This document shows positions 54,053-64,000 of a DNA stretch of 64,000 nt, piece after piece. Below the pieces are notes generated by a model. That model saw nothing but the letters and a program-made list of their open reading frames with translations. It made no database searches and was not told the DNA's origin. The position numbers and the translations under genes were made by a program. How positions within the stretch are numbered: the stretch's first letter is position 1; each line of letters opens with the position of its first letter. Source of the stretch: Eledone cirrhosa (Eukaryota); assembly GCA_964016885.1 (NCBI GenBank), contig OZ024752.1, forward strand, positions 13,950,001 to 14,014,000. The letters are read 5' to 3'.

Positions 54053-54250
54053 CATCATCATCATCATCATTATCATGGGTCCTTAAACCTTTTCGGCGTC
54101 ATTGGAACACTGCAGTGTTGGACGCTGCATCAGCAGCCGTCATCTCCGGCGGTCATAGGTGAGTATTTGGGTTGTGACAAAGTTCTTTCTTGTCCCCTCA
54201 GTTATGTTGTCTTTTCACTGTTTCTTCTGTCCACCGCCTTCTCTTCCCCC
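54053..54250 (-). mobile_element. RTE LINE 3' fragment with (GAT)n tail
   Basis: Minus strand, with a frameshift and stops, reads GKRRR.GQKKQ*KDNITE...TYDRRR*R, followed by a (GAT)n tail at 54053-54076. Confidence 0.65.
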
Positions 54251-54321
54251 GTTCACAACGACGACGGAAATACAGCGGTCAGCACGTCGGCTCCCGTTTA
54301 ATCACAATTAATTATCTCGAC

Positions 54322-54508
54322 GGCAGTTAATTGGCAGTATCGGTAGAGGGTTGGACGCCATGCTTTCTAGGACAGTTACGTTCCTTTACAGTCTGAGTTC
54401 AAATCCCGCCGAGGTTAACTTTGCCTTTCATCCTAACGGGGTCGATAAAATAAGGTCCCAGTAATGCACTGGGTAATTGCTGGCCTTGTGCCTAAAGTAG
54501 AAACAATT
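54322..54508 (+). mobile_element. tRNA-derived SINE, full length
   Basis: ggcagt..ttggcagtatcggtagag head and B box gagttcaaatcc. TSD acaattaat(t/c)atctc at 54304-54318 and 54503-54517. Confidence 0.9.
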
Positions 54509-54510
54509 AA

Positions 54511-54695
54511 TCATCTCCACTTTAGGCACAAGGCCAGCAATTACCCAGTGCATTACTGGTACTTTATTTTATCGACCCCGTAAGGATGAAAGGCTAAGTG
54601 AACCTCGGCGGGATTTGAACTCAGACCGTTAAGGGACGTAACTATGCTGGAAAGCATGGCGTCCGACTCTCTACCGATACTACCAATCCACTACC
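54511..54695 (-). mobile_element. tRNA-derived SINE, full length, inverted relative to its neighbour
   Basis: Reverse complement of the 54322-54508 copy over its whole length. Confidence 0.9.
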
Positions 54696-54849
54696 TTAAT
54701 GAGAGATGGGGAGAGCAGGAGAGACAGTGACAGTGGGAGTTTGTTTGCTTTGTGTTCGGACCTGGTGTATATATGTGTATATAAGACTGAATGAGTCTAT
54801 AAGCTGTTTCTTGTACAGGAAACTTTTATACATTTGAGATTGTGTATTC

Positions 54850-55347
54850 AGCATTAGAATAATTCTATTGTGGTTTGCTAGGTTGAAGGCTAAGATCTTT
54901 GGTACTTACATTCTACCAGTTGTGTTATATGGTCTTGACTGTGTTAATTGGACGACAAGGTCACTTCAGAAGTTCTCGATATTCCAGAACCAAATCATAA
55001 GACTTATGACTGGCAAGCGGCTGAGCGACCTTATTTGTATCAGTGAGCTGCTCAACATTACAATTGATGTAATTGGTCTAAGTCTGGTAAAGTCAAGAGT
55101 ACTCAAACTATACGGTCATATAAAAAGATCAACTCGTGGTGTGAGTTAGGTTATGTCTGGAAGGCAGGTTGGCTGGTAGGAGAAGTAGAGGCCGGCAGCC
55201 AAAACGATGGCTTGACAATGTCAACTTATGGATTGGACTTGATCTTTGCTCTTTAAACTATGCTGCTGGTGATCGAACTTTGTGGAGAGAGACATCATAT
55301 GTTGATGCGCAGTCTGCAACTGGCGGAGTTTAGCGTCAGAAGAAGAG
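54850..55347 (+). mobile_element. RTE LINE 3' fragment, decayed
   Basis: KAKIFGTYILPVVLYGLDCVNW...LKLYGHIKR, then after a frameshift LEGRLAGRRSRGRQPKRWLDNV...DRTLWR; short (AGA)n tail. Confidence 0.85.
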
Positions 55348-55672
55348 GGCTAAATAAAATAAATTATGAACCTTAGCAATATTTGAAATCACAACATATG
55401 GATAGTGAATTAACTTTAAGTACTAAACGGGATTTTGGAGCAAAACCATTCAGCTCCTATCTCTCTCTCTGATCGTTGGCAAATCACTGATGAGGGACTA
55501 ATTTTATAATATGTATTCCATGTGCAACCATGCAGTATTTTTCTCCCCATGTTTTTCATATATATATATATATATATATATACATTTCTGCGATTCTGTC
55601 ACAACATGAAAAATGACAGGAGTACTTTGACTACCTCATACTACTCCTCTCTCTTGACGTGTGCTGCCTGCT

Positions 55673-55885
55673 TGAATGTATGGGTGTAAAAGGAGGGAAA
55701 GGGATGGTGAACAAAAAACCACGCTGTCTGTGAGTGTGTTTGTGTAAATGTGTGTTTGTGTGAATGTATGTGTGTGTTTGTGTGAATGTGTGTCTGTGTT
55801 TGCGCGTTTATATTTATATACTCATACATATAACTGTATGCATTCACACACTCACACACGCATGCATACACATATACACATACGC
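55673..55885. repeat. Dispersed microsatellite-bearing repeat, copy 1
   Basis: Colinear similarity to 58586-58800 (tgaatgtatg.gt.taaaagga.gg ... tttgcg.gtttatatt.atatactcatacatataa). Confidence 0.65.
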
Positions 55886-56737
55886 GTCAGCATTTGGAAA
55901 CAAATTCCAGTAAACTAAAATGGTAGAAGTTTTGCCACAGACACAAATCTTGTAAACAGTTTCCCCTAGTTAAGAAATAATGATGTATGAATGACCAACT
56001 CCGTAAAGAACCTCAGCAAAAGCTGATCCCTTTCATAAGTCTTTCAAATGACATTGTTTCCTTTCCATTAATTGGATTCTATAAGTCAATGGAAACCAAA
56101 CATTTCTCTGCTTCGTTTGATATTACGATGCATTCATTCGTTTCTTATGAACAAGTTCAAATTAATGAATCCCATTTATTACGCGTCTACAGAATATAAC
56201 ATCTATACTATTATCTAAGTATGTATACGTACATACATATATGTATACAGACGTACAGTAGTATGTATATATATACATACATAGTCGTTCAATCATCTGG
56301 CAGGACGGTATACGGTGCTGACGATAGCTAATAAGCTTGAAACTAGTACATCGTTCCTTTGTCAGTGTTGAACAAGAGGTCAACGATGGTTGCTAAACAC
56401 TGTACGGCTTAATTCGGGATGTTTGTTTACAAACAAACCGAGCATTATAATAAATGTTCGGTAAATCCATACGCATGTATATATATGTGTGCATGTATAC
56501 ATATTTAGATTTAAGTAACAGCCGTACTAAGAGTGAGAAATGAAATTTCGTTTCATTTTTTCCATTTATCTATACTAATTCCTGTATATCAAACTTGCCA
56601 ATAGTATTGCTCCTCCAATATTTTGCCGTAAAAAAAAAAAAAAGATAACGAAATATATTACAAAATTATCGATATTGATTTTCATCTTTATTAAACTTTT
56701 CTTATAAAGTTTTCTAGTTTGCTTGAAGAATTGTTGA

Positions 56738-56933
56738 ATAGGAAAAATAAATTTAAATTTTGAAAACCAAAACAATGCGTATGAAGAATCTTAAATTGCC
56801 AAGATATAAAAAGAATCTTACCTTAGCAAATTTAACAATTAAACTTGTTAAGGTAAGATTCTTTTATCTTGGCAATTTAACTTTCTTCATAAGCATTTTA
56901 TGGGTTTTCAAAATTTAAATTTGTTTTTCCTAT
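56738..56933. mobile_element. AT-rich palindromic fold-back/MITE-like element
   Basis: About 95-bp imperfect arms (ataggaaaaataaatttaaattttgaaaacc...aagaatcttacctta versus taaggtaagattctt...ggttttcaaaatttaaatttgtttttcctat) with almost no spacer. Confidence 0.75.
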
Positions 56934-57392
56934 AAATATTGATATACAAATCAGTTGTATCAATTCGTTTACAATTATTGAGTCTTTGTTTTTTTAACAA
57001 AGATTAGAAAAAATACTAACAATTAGTCCCGCAACTAAGACACTATTATAGTTGAATGGACATTCTCACTAATTTTTCTGAATTTTCGAAATACTGAAAC
57101 ACTCATCGTTGAAACCGATGAAGGTTCATTCCCACAGTATAATTAAGTGTGAGTGTATGCCTTCACTATGTTTGAGATGACAAATGTAGAAGCTCAAATT
57201 TAATCAATTTAAAATAAACATTCAAGCCTGCAATCCGTGGCAGTATATTTCTGAAAATATTAACAATTGGAGAAGGGGGAGGAGGATGAGTTTCTTACAC
57301 AAACACTTTTGCAACTAACTCTCTTATGAGAAGACTCTTTCATGTTTGCAGCCAGTGCAACAGGTAAAGAAGGGACATTATTTCAGCTGACT

Positions 57393-57570
57393 GGCGCTGG
57401 ATTGGCAGTATCGGTAGAGGGTCGGACGCCATGCTTTGACTCATATTGTTACGACCCTTGCCATTCTGAGGTCAAATCCCGCCGAGATTAACTTTGCCAT
57501 TCATCGATACAATAAAGTACCAGTGATGCACTGGGTAATTGCTGGCCTTTTGCCAAAATTAGAAACAATT
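57393..57570 (+). mobile_element. tRNA-derived SINE with perfect 15-bp TSD
   Basis: Same family, with a small internal deletion. TSD attatttcagctgac at 57377-57391 and 57568-57582. Confidence 0.9.
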
Positions 57571-58087
57571 ATTTCAGCTGACATTTGAGAAATCAATGAA
57601 GAACTTCCAGCCATTTACGTTATGTACCAGAACCTCCCTGACGGAACCGTTAGTAGAAGTAAAGACTGTGAAACTAGACACACAAAGATGCTTCAATATC
57701 CTATTTATGGAATATGTCATATAAATACAGTTTAATAGGAAAAGAAAAAAACCTAGAGAATTTAGATTGAGAAAAAGCATTCCCGCGGACATTGGCCAGC
57801 GACACACGCTGCAACAGTCACCACACCTCGCGGGTCTCCCTCCTCAGACAGAATGCTGATGTTCTGATCTTGCGGATGAGCTCGAATGAGAGAGCGACAA
57901 GACAGTCCCCGGTATTTGTTTATTTGTAATTCATAACATTTCACAAATAGTTATGTTTTAATGGTTTTAGTCCTTTTTAAACCAATTATAAAAAACCTGA
58001 ATATGTTTTTTAAGCACTTCAACAATTTAATTCTACATTATCTATTATTGTAGGCAATAACTAAATTATTGGTCTCAGTATAATAGG

Positions 58088-58258
58088 AATAATTGTTTCT
58101 ACTTTTGGCACAAGGCAGCCAATTACCTCAGTGCATTACTAATGCTTTATTTCATCGACCTTGTAAGGATGAAAAGCAAAGTTAACCTCGGCGGTATTTG
58201 AACTCTATACTGCAAAGGATAGTGTCTGACTCTCTACCCATACTGCCAATTCACTGCC
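58088..58258 (-). mobile_element. tRNA-derived SINE, diverged
   Basis: ttgtttctacttttggcacaagg...aaagttaacctcggcggtatttgaactc...tactgccaattcactgcc. Confidence 0.85.
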
Positions 58259-58585
58259 AATATACTATAATATGGATAATGTAAATAAAGAAGTACTGTA
58301 ATCTAGTAATTATAGTTTATTTAACAACAAATGTAATTCCCACGCAATCTCATTAATGTAAAATATCATTTGAAACTAAAGATTGGTTATCGATATTACA
58401 ATACACCAGACACATTTGCTTATAGACATGTGGCAGACGGAATAGCTGTCGAGGTAGAAGTAAACAAGGTTTACTGCAGAAGCAATGTTGTGACGCAGCA
58501 TGAATTCGAAATACATAAATGTCAATACTGTAAAATGTTTTATCTATATGTAAATTTGAGCGACTTCCGTTCGTCTGTGATTGTG

Positions 58586-58800
58586 TGAATGTATGTGTCT
58601 AAAAGGAAGGCGATGGGGAAAAGAACTACAGCAAAACAGCGGCTGGGGTTAAATTTGCTGCGCTGTGTGTGAGTGAATGTGTGTGTATTTGCGTGAATGT
58701 GTGTCTCTGAGTGTGACTGTATTTGCGAGTTTATATTGATATACTCATACATATAAGCGTGTGCATATATGCACATACACACACACACACATACACTTAT
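58586..58800. repeat. Dispersed microsatellite-bearing repeat, copy 2
   Basis: Similar to 55673-55885; the minus-strand pseudo-ORFs share MYEYININ.Q.Q.H. Confidence 0.65.
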
Positions 58801-59285
58801 ACGTGTGAGTGTGTTGAACAAATATCATGGTTGTAAAAAAATGTATTTTGTGGTTATGGAAACGTAAAACGAAGGGAAGGGGAAGGGCTCTAGAAGAATA
58901 GGAGTCGGCAGAGTTTGAGCTGCGACAGCGGACAAGACCACAAAAGCATTTCCACGGACAATGTTCCATGACACCCACTGCAATATAGGAGGATCGGCTG
59001 TTTATAGGCTGACTATGAAAGACTGATGCTAGAGCTGTCAAATCTTGCATGCATTAATTTCAACGCTTCTTATCAATAACTGCATCGTTTCTTTCCAGGA
59101 ACTATGTTGAAAAATAAACCTCTTTTGGTCATCCCACGAGAGTATCTTGGTCACCCTACGAACTTGTCAGCCGACCCTCGTATATTGTTGTATTACGACC
59201 CCTGGGTTTCTTCAAAATATTTCAGCTTGAGATTAGATGAATAATGGTAAAATCAAAGATAAACAATGTCTCAAATGTTTTAGCG

Positions 59286-59412
59286 CAGTAATTGCCACTG
59301 GTGGTCCGAGCGAAAATTCTGGTGGTCCTCAGAAAAATTTTAATGTATGGTCCGCGGGATTTAAGATTATGAATTTAGTGGTCCGTGAGGTCAGAAAGGT
59401 TGGCGACTGCTG
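59286..59412. mobile_element. hAT (Charlie-like) MITE
   Basis: Ends cagtaattgcca... and ...tggcgactgctg (imperfect TIR beginning CAG). 8-bp TSD ttttag(c/t)g at 59278-59285 and 59413-59420. Internal gtggtcc repeats. Confidence 0.7.
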
Positions 59413-59424
59413 TTTTAGTGGAAG

Positions 59425-59618
59425 TAATAATTGTTTCTACTTTTGGCACAAGGCCAGCAATTATTCCAGTGCATTACTGGTACTTTATTTTATCGATCCC
59501 GTAAGGATGAAAGGCAAAGTTGACCTCGGCGGTATTTGGACTCAGAAAAGCAAGGGCCGTAACTCTATGCTACAAAGCATGGCGTCCGACCCTCTACTGA
59601 TACTGCCAATCCACCGCC
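59425..59618 (-). mobile_element. tRNA-derived SINE, full length
   Basis: Same family; flanked by ga(a/c)gtaataat direct repeats. Confidence 0.9.
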
Positions 59619-60519
59619 CCCGACGTAATAATCCCTTCAGGAAAACAGCTGAAACATCTCTATGGAATGTTTCCTATGGACAGCTCTAGTTATCTCAATT
59701 ATCTATCAATTTAGATCAAACATTGTTGCATTACAGACCCTGCTTATGGTCGAAATATTTGAGGTTTTGAGATTTGAGAAATACTGGTAAAATTCTAAAT
59801 AAAAGATGTCTGAATTGTTTTAGCGAAGGTAATAATCCTTTCATTCAACTAATGAAAATATGTCTATGGAATTGTTCCAGTGGGGAGCTCTAGTTACCCC
59901 CACGGTGTACACATTTAGATAAAACATTGCCAACAATATTATTAGACCATTAAAATATGTATTAAGGAAAATATTTCCTTAGAGATCTGTGTGAAATAAA
60001 TTAATTTACGTTGAATTGCGGCAAATGATCTCCAGATATTTAGAGATATGAAATCAGCAGTATTTGGTGTTTTCAATTTCTGTTTGTTCTAATACATAAT
60101 AGCTTTAGTTAAATTACGTATACCAAATATATTTAACTTTACACTTTATGTATGAAGATACTTTTTCAATCAGTATAAAGTAATTTGTCGTTTTAGGGTA
60201 ATATATGATCCAAGTATTCGTCTATAATATGATGATATGTAGCTGAAAGCGTTTAATCATATTATCCAGAAACCTACTATTTGGACATTTTTCGATTCTT
60301 TCAAAAATTATTTCCGGTGTCCATAATCTTCAATTAAGGTTTCGTTAGTTCCACAACATAATGCCAAAGGTGGAGCGTAAAATGGAGATAATTCGCAAGA
60401 AAAGTTGATATCTGATCAACATTCGTAGCTTTAGGTCATCTTTCTGCAAGTGCAGTTATCAACAACCACCGCTACCGATAATTTTCATAATAACCACATT
60501 TTATTTCTCTCACAATGTA

Positions 60520-60980
60520 TTTCAATTTTTTCATATTGTCCTTCTTTTTCTTTTATCTTTTTCCTTTCCATATTTTCCTTTCTCACTTTTCTTCTATTTC
60601 CTCTTTTGTTTCATCTTATTCTGGATTTTCTTTTTCTTCTTTTCTCTTTCCTGCTAAGTTTTATAATTCATCTATTTTCCTTATTTTCCATTTCTTTCAA
60701 CAATTTATTTCAACCACCCACTTCTCACCCTCCCTCTCTCTCCCCTCTCGTCCCTCTATCTATTCCCTCTCTACTCCCTTTCTCCCCTCTCTCTCGTTCT
60801 CTTCTCTCCCTCTCTTCCTCTCTCTCGATCTCTCTCACTCTTTCTATCCCTCGCTCACTCTTTCTATCTCTCGCTCGTTTTCCCCCTCTCTCGCTCGCTT
60901 TCAGCCCTCTCCCGCTCGCTCTTCCCCCCACCTCACCCTATATCATCTAACCCTCTATCATCTCCCTCCCTCCCCTACCA
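60520..60980. repeat. Pyrimidine-rich low-complexity / (CT)n tract
   Basis: Direct reading. Confidence 0.85.
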
Positions 60981-61113
60981 TCAATATCAATCTATTCCCT
61001 AGGCCCTTTCTCTGTTGTTTGATCAAGACTCAAGACTCCATTATTTCCTCCTTATTCCTTTTTTGGTAATTTCACAATATTGACGTCCATGACTAAATTA
61101 TCAGGTCGCTGCG

Positions 61114-61140
61114 AGTGTGTATGTGTGAGTATAATGTGTG

Positions 61141-61171
<31 letters not shown>

Positions 61172-61183
61172 GTGTGAGTATAA

Positions 61184-61226
<43 letters not shown>

Positions 61227-61609
61227 ATGTAGGTATCTATGAATATGTGTATGTATGTATGTCTATATATATGTATGTGTATGTGTGTGTATATATATGT
61301 ATGTATGAATGTGTATGTGTGTGTATATATATATATGTATGCATGAATGTGTATGCGTGTGTATATATATATATGTATGTATGAATGTGTATGCGTGTAT
61401 ATATATATATATATATATATGCATGTGTATGCGTGTATATATATATGTATGTATGAATGTGTATGTGTGTATATATATGTATGTATGTGTGTGTATATAT
61501 ATGTATGTATGAATGTGTATGTATATATATATGTATGTATGTGTATGTGTGTGTATATATATATATATGTATGTATGAATGTGTATGTGTGTATATATGT
61601 ATGTATGAA

Positions 61610-61640
<31 letters not shown>

Positions 61641-61946
61641 GTATGAATGTGTGTGTGTATATATATATGTATGTATGAATGTGTATGTGTGTATACATAT
61701 ATATGTATGAATGTGTATGTGTGTATATATATGTGTGTATATATACATGTATGTGTGTGTGTATATATATAATGTGTATGTGTGAATATATAAGTATATA
61801 TATATATATTTATATATGTGTGTGTATATATGTATGTATATATATATATATGTGTGTGTATATATGTATGTATATATATATATATGTATTTGAATATATA
61901 TGTATGTATATTTATATATATATGTATGTGAATATATATGTATATA
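61114..61946. repeat. (TA)n/(TG)n/(TATG)n compound microsatellite
   Basis: Direct reading. Confidence 0.96.
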
Positions 61947-63050
61947 CTCTTTTACTCTTTTACCTGTTTCAGCCATCCGGCTGAGGCCATTCTGGGGCAC
62001 CGCCCTTGTTGCTACACATTTTATCTCCAGCCTGTATAGGTTGGCCACTGGTGTAGGAGGGAGTTTGTTGCTGCTGCCCTTAGGTTTCCCTCGTGTCTTG
62101 CTGTGGGCTCATCCGGGATCCTGGATAACAAGGTGTCGAGATGTTTCTTAAAGACATCCACCTCCACGTCATGCAAGTCTCGCAGATGCCTCGGCAGCCT
62201 GTTGAAGAGTTGAGGGCCCTTGAATCCCAGGCTATTGCAATACCTGCTCCTTATTCTAGATGTGGAAGACGGGACCTTTGGCACCACACAGTGACGTCCT
62301 GTTCGACGGTTGGTCCAGCTCCCAATGCCAAAGTTTGGTGCTAGTCCCTCCAGGATTTTCCACATGTAGATCACTGCGTATCTCTCCCGTCTTCGCTCCA
62401 AGGAGTAGAGGTTCAGTTCCCTCAGCCTCTCCCAGTAGCTTGTCTCCCTCATCTTGGCAATCCTCTTGGTGTAGCTTCGCTGGATTACCTCAAGCTCTGT
62501 GGTTAGTTTGACACTATGGGGTGACCACAGCTGGGAGCAGTAGTCCAGGCGGCTTAGGACAAAAGTCCTCCACAGTGTCAACATGGTGTCTCGATCTCTT
62601 GTAAGGAAAGTCCTCAAGATCCAGCCAGCGAATCGTCTACATGCTGTCGCCACCTTCATGATGTGTGAATAAAAAGATGCATCATCGCTCATGTCTATGC
62701 CCAGGTCTCGTATCGATTTTGACACGGGGATATCGGTCCCTCCTGGTCCTGTGTAGCTGTGTTCCGCTATATTTGTGTTTGTGTTTGCAGGTTTGTATTG
62801 TAGGGCTTGGAATTTGCCAGCATTAAACTGCATGTTGTTTTCTTCCGCCCATCTGTATATGGCATCCAGATCCTGCTGTAAGAGGGCAGCGTCAGCCGCG
62901 TTTTTGATTGCCTGTGCTACCTTAGTGTCATCAGCATAGCTAGTGAGGGATGTTGTTGCATGCACCACAGAGGGCATGTCCGAGAGAGCCACCAAAAACA
63001 GTAGTGGTCCCAGGACTGTCCCCTGAGGCACCCCACTTGTCATCGGTGTT
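61947..63050 (-). mobile_element. CR1-group LINE, 5'-truncated, with an uninterrupted ORF2 C-terminal part (62021-63043)
   Basis: [21 protein letters not shown]...[27 protein letters not shown] and [19 protein letters not shown] motifs. Short 3' UTR ending in (TAAAAGAG)2; both ends abut (TA)n. Confidence 0.93.
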
Positions 63051-63053
63051 TCC

Positions 63054-63304
63054 GTGTGTGTATATATGTATGTATATATATATATATGTATGTGTATATA
63101 TATGTATAATATGTATGTATATATATATATATGTATGTGTATATATATGTATAATATGTGTATATATATATATATATATATGTATGTGTATATATATGTA
63201 TAATATGTGTATATATATATATATATGTATGTGTATATATATGTATAATATGTGTGTATATATATATATGTATAATATGTGTGTATATATATATGTATAA
63301 AATA

Positions 63305-63381
<77 letters not shown>
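63054..63381. repeat. (TA)n compound microsatellite
   Basis: Direct reading. Confidence 0.96.
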
Positions 63382-63487
63382 AGTTAATTCCTCATTGACG
63401 TCAATATTATCAAACTGCAAGTGAGAGGAGTATCGAGCAAATAATGGAGTGAGGACATTTTAAGCTGTCCCCTTATATATACATATA

Positions 63488-63940
63488 CTAGCAGTGGTAT
63501 CCGGCGTTGCACGGGTAAGGTATTTTGGAACGCGGACCGCCAACAAACCTAATCGTGGAAAAACTGCATGCCTCGACAATATGTAAAGAAAATAAACTGA
63601 ATACTCTGATGGCTGGATAATCTTTAAGGTTTTCCCCGATGACGCAGGAAAGAAATACAGGTTTTCACCTAATGCAGGCCCTAGGGCACCAAGAAAATGA
63701 ATTTTTTTATGTTCATAATATGCCTTGAAATTTCGGGAAAATCGGCTAGACGTAACGCCAAAAAGCTCTAATAAACCGAAAAAATGAAGTTTTTCACCTA
63801 ATGCGGGTCCTAGGGGATCTAAAAGTCGAATTTTTTATGTGCATAACATTCACGAAATCCTGAAAGATTTGTCTTGAGCAAGGTTGGCAGAATAACCGGA
63901 AGCAGCAGACCGCCAGACATACAGACAGATATTATAAGGT
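63488..63940 (-). mobile_element. Probable non-autonomous Helitron-like element
   Basis: Minus strand ends in a GC hairpin acccgtgcaacgccggat (63499-63516), 7 nt, then CTAG|T (63488-63491). (CAGA)n tract near the other end. Internal duplicated block gttttt?cacctaatgc.gg.cctaggg at ~63660-63720 and ~63788-63848. Confidence 0.6.
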
Positions 63941-64000
63941 TATTATTGCCACAACCACGGCTGGCAAAGAAGTAAGTGTCTGGTGGTACGTAACTAAGCA

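Noticed and set aside
54322-54410. tRNA gene
   Set aside because: A/B boxes belong to a SINE head; no complete cloverleaf, and it continues into the SINE body.
59237-59689. 150-aa ORF
   Set aside because: Runs through a MITE and an antisense SINE; chance open frame.
60450-61069. Hydrophobic F/L/S-rich ORFs resembling membrane proteins
   Set aside because: Translation of a pyrimidine-rich low-complexity tract.

Overview
Repeat-dominated, AT-rich animal genomic DNA. It is probably a cephalopod such as an octopus; this is inferred from the extreme (TA)n/(TATG)n load and the SINE/LINE repertoire, not proven. No host protein-coding gene can be supported. The centre (8653-50484) is a 42-bp tandem array of exactly 996 units with no net indel, nested higher-order duplications, and two giant ORFs that look like by-products of the repeat. 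The left flank holds a 5'-truncated Penelope-like element (RT plus C-terminal GIY-YIG, Hydra-clade-like). Its inverted pseudo-LTR carries a minimal type I hammerhead ribozyme. The left flank also has a second, variant hammerhead inside a fold-back, an RTE LINE end with three C2H2 fingers, and long microsatellites. The right flank holds several RTE 3' fragments, a young CR1-group LINE fragment, six of the window's seven copies of one tRNA-derived SINE (two forming a nested inverted pair), MITE/fold-back elements and a probable non-autonomous Helitron.
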